This document shows positions 60,878-64,000 of a stretch of DNA of 64,000 nt, one piece after another. Location: assembly GCA_002269645.1 (NCBI GenBank), contig NIVC01002789.1:1-64000 (forward strand), read 5' to 3'. This DNA comes from Macrostomum lignano (taxonomy: Eukaryota). Below the pieces are notes generated by a model that did not search any database, was not told the DNA's origin, and saw only the letters and a program-made list of their open reading frames with translations. A program made the position numbers and the translations under genes. Every line of letters begins with the position of its first letter. The stretch's first letter is position 1.

Positions 60878-63585
60878 ATGTCAGCTGAGGTTGCGGTAGA
60901 GGACTCCAAGTCCAGTGCTCTGGCTCTGTACCCCTCTGCCAGTCTGGAAGTTCAGCAGCACCACATGAAGGCTTCGCCAGAGAGTCCGCCGCCACAGCCC
61001 AGCATTGAGAGTCACGGCAATGGCAATGGCTTAGGCAGCAGTAATGATAGTGGCCACGAGGACCAGCACCATGATGACCACGGAGACGAGGTTCCGATGG
61101 AGGAACACGATGATGACGAGGATAGAGGAGCTGGCACGGCTGAAAGCTCATATTATGATAGGCCTGTTCAGCACCTGCAGGTGAGCTTCCTTTTGGATTG
61201 TCTGCATTTTGGGTTGTCTGTGTCTGTAGCTGAATTGCCTGTGTCTCTAGTTTCAAGTTTGGCCTTCTGTGTCTGTAGCTGAATTGCCCGTGTCTCTAGT
61301 TTGGCCTTCTGTGTCTGTAGCTGAATTGCCCGTGTCTCTAGTTTGGCCTTCTGTGTCTGTAGGTGAATTGCCCGTGTCTCTAGTTTGGCCTTCTGTGTCT
61401 GTAGCTGAATTGCCTGTGTCTCTAGTTTGGCCTTCTGTGTCTGTAGCTGAATTGCCTGTGTCTCTAGTTTGGCCTTGTGTGTCTGTAGCTGAATTGCCTG
61501 TGTCTCTAGTTTGGCCTTGTGTGTCTGTAGCTGAATTGCCTGTGTCTCCAGTTTGGCCTTCTGTGTCTGTAGCTGAATTGCCTGTGTCTCTAGTTTGGCC
61601 TTCTGTGTCTGTAGCTGAATTGCCCGTGTCTCTAGTTTGGCCTTCTGTGTCTGTAGCTGAATTGCCTGTGTCTCTAGTTTGGCCTTGTGTGTCTGTAGCT
61701 GAATTGCCTGTGTCTCTAGTTTGGCCTTGTGTGTCTGTAGCTGAATTGCCTGTGTCTCTAGTTTGGCCTTGTGTGTCTGTAGCTGAATTGCCTGTGTCTC
61801 TAGTTTGGCCTTGTGTGTCTGTAGCTGAATTGCCTGTGTCTCTAGTTTGGCCTTGTGTGTCTGTAGCTGAATTGCCCGTGTCTTTAGTTTGGCCTTCTGT
61901 GTCTGTAGCTGAATTGCCCGTGTCTCTAGTTTGGCCTTCTGTGTCTGTAGCTGAATTGCCTGTGTCTCTAGTTTGGCCTTCTGTGTCTGTAGCTGAATTG
62001 CCTGTGTCTCTAGTTTGGCCTTGTGTGTCTGTAGCTGAATTGCCTGTGTCTCTAGTTTGGCCTTCTGTGTCTGTAGCTGAATTGCCTGTGTCTCTAGTTT
62101 GGCCTTGTGTGTCTGTAGCTGAATTGCCTGTGTCTCTAGTTTGGCCTTCTGTGTCTGTAGCTGAATTGCCTGTGTCTCTAGTTTGGCCTTCTGTGTCTGT
62201 AGCTGAATTGCCTGTGTCTCTAGTTTGGCCTTGTGTGTCTGTAGCTGAATTGCCTGTGTCTCTAGTTTGGCCTTCTGTGTCTGTAGCTGAATTGCCTGTG
62301 TCTCTAGTTTGGCCTTGTGTGTCTGTAGCTGAATTGCCTGTGTCTCTAGTTTGGCCATCTGTGTCTGTAGCTGAATTGCCTGTGTCTCTAGTTTGGCCGT
62401 CCGCAGTATTGTACAGTCGGTGTCCCTACCAAAGCCTGTGGCACTATCGCAGTCTCCCCCTCAACCCAGCAGAGCGATGCAGCTGATGATGCAGCGGATC
62501 AGCACGGCGATGAGGCGGATTCCCTGCAGCAGCCGCAGCAGCAGTACAGCTCGCTGATTAATCCTGAGCAGTCGTCAATGGCTCTCCCTCATCATCACCA
62601 GCAGATGCAGCTGCCCAGCATCCCCGCTGCTGCTGCTGGCTGCGGCGACAGCGGCCTCATCAAGTCGGAGGCGGCCTCCAACAGCTCGGACAGGGAGGAG
62701 GCTGCGGGCGGCGCCGGAGACTTCTACGAACACTCGGGCTTCGGCGGCCCGTCTGACTACAGCGACCTGCTGCCTGGCAACACCAGCAGAGACAGTGAGT
62801 TCCCTTACCCTGTCTGAGTCCCTTCAGTTGTCCTGTGTCTTGAGAGTTTTGTTTGTCCCCTTTAAAAAACAACTAATGCTTCCCGGATTCCCAAGATCAT
62901 TATCCCCACTAGGAATCCCATAATTCTTCCCATAATCCCTGAGATCATTATCCCCACTAGGAATCCCATAATTCTTCCCATAATCCCTGAGATCATTATC
63001 CCCAATAGGAATCCCATAATTCTTCCCATAATCCCTGAGATCATTATCCCCACTAGGAATCCCATGATTCTTCCCATTATCCCCACTAGAAATACCAACA
63101 TTCTTCCCATAATTACCATTGTCACATTCAGCTGAATGCTAACCGCAACCAACTGTGCTTAACTTGGCTAGCAACCTATTTACTATATCTCGAATGTCCA
63201 GGCCTGTCTACCGTGGTTCGAACCCGGCGCCGCAAGGCCGGCCTGCCGGAGGACGAGCGAGTGTGCGCCGTGTGCGGCGACCCCGCCTCCGGCTACAACT
63301 TCGACCGGCTGACCTGCGAGAGCTGCAAGGCGTTCTTCCGTCGGAACGCGTTGAAAGCTCGCGAGAAGATCAAGCCCTGCTCCCGTGGCGGCGGCTGCGA
63401 CGTGAGCGGCTCGCAGAGGAAGCACTGCCCGACCTGCCGGCTGGAGAAGTGCGTTCGAGTCGGCATGAAGAAGGAGCTCATATTGCCGCCGGAGAAGCTG
63501 GAGCAGCGGGCCAAGCCGAAGAAGCGGGCCAAGAATGGCGGCCCCCCTTCCGATGGGCCTTCAGCCGCGCACCACGGACTCTCGC
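60878..63585 (+). CDS. HR96: Nuclear receptor of the HR96/DAF-12 (NR1J) group, 5' part. Exons 60878-61180, 62407-62794, 63202-63585; LBD beyond the window
   Basis: C4 zinc fingers CAVCGDPASGYNFDRLTCESCKAFFRRNA...CSRGGGC...CPTCRLEKCVRVGMKKELIL with the ESCKA P-box typical of NR1J. Junctions CAG|gtgagc, ccgcag|TAT, A|gtgagt, tccag|GC, C|gtaagt are in phase. Confidence 0.9.
61215..62398. repeat. 39 bp minisatellite filling HR96 intron 1
   Basis: tgtgtctgtagctgaattgcctgtgtctctagtttggcc(t), ~30 copies, abutting the acceptor. Confidence 0.98.
62890..63120. repeat. 48 bp minisatellite in HR96 intron 2
   Basis: gagatcattatccccactaggaatcccataattcttcccataatccct, 4-5 copies. Confidence 0.9.
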
Positions 63586-63728
63586 GTAAGTCTTTGTTGT
63601 ACTGCTGCATTTCCTGTGTGCCTGTGTGTTGCTAGTTTAAATAATAGTCTGCTGATGTTGAATGTCCCGGCAGTTAGTGCATTTATGTATTTTAAATTGA
63701 TATGTAGAACTGTTAAGGCACCTTTTAC

Positions 63729-64000
63729 TTTCCTAAATAATGGCACAATTAGTTTCCTAAATAATGGCACTATTAGTTTCCTAAATAATGGCACAATTAG
63801 TTTCCTAAATAATGGTACAATTAGTTTCCTAAATAATTGCACTATTAGTTTCCTAAATAATGGCACAATTAGTTTCTTAAATAATGGTACAATTAGTTTC
63901 CTAAATAATGGCACAATTAGTTTCCTAAATAATGGCACAATTAGTTTCCTAAATAATGGTACAATTAGTTTCCTAAATAATTGCACTATTAGTTTCCTAA
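63729..64000. repeat. 24 bp minisatellite in HR96 intron 3, continues past the window
   Basis: tttcctaaataatggcacaattag, ~11 copies. Confidence 0.95.

Noticed and set aside
61168-62486. 396 aa and 405 aa ORFs with 13-residue repeats (coiled-coil-like KAKLETQAIQLQT)
   Set aside because: Stop-free frames of a 39 bp satellite lying wholly inside HR96 intron 1

Overview
Eukaryotic (metazoan) genomic DNA with GC-rich spliceosomal exons, minisatellite-filled introns, an AT-rich TE-rich intergenic space and a (TTAGGG)n remnant. The style resembles a free-living flatworm such as Macrostomum, but that is inference only. I could build six protein-coding gene models with GT-AG boundaries: mitochondrial Obg GTPase MTG2/GTPBP5 (3' end runs off the window, one apparent frameshift), TMEM70, TMED10/p24-delta, a six-exon Ser/Arg-rich orphan, 4E-BP, and the 5' part of an HR96/NR1J nuclear receptor. 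Mobile DNA: a Helitron remnant cluster (PIF1 helicase C-terminus, two spliced RPA70-like genes, OTU-like protease), a ~15 kb same-strand array of non-autonomous Helitron-like elements carrying different minisatellites next to tRNA-derived segments, a Crypton-like tyrosine recombinase relic, several MITEs, a tRNA-derived SINE and a decayed BEN-domain ORF. Two signals stand out. (1) MTG2 has no ATG for its N-terminus but has an in-frame splice acceptor ~0.9 kb downstream of TMEM70, which fits an operon with a spliced-leader-donated AUG. (2) Five intronic minisatellites in four genes are made of splice signals (acceptor, donor, branch point, or AG|GTAAG). All coordinates were read by hand; repeat and TE boundaries are approximate.
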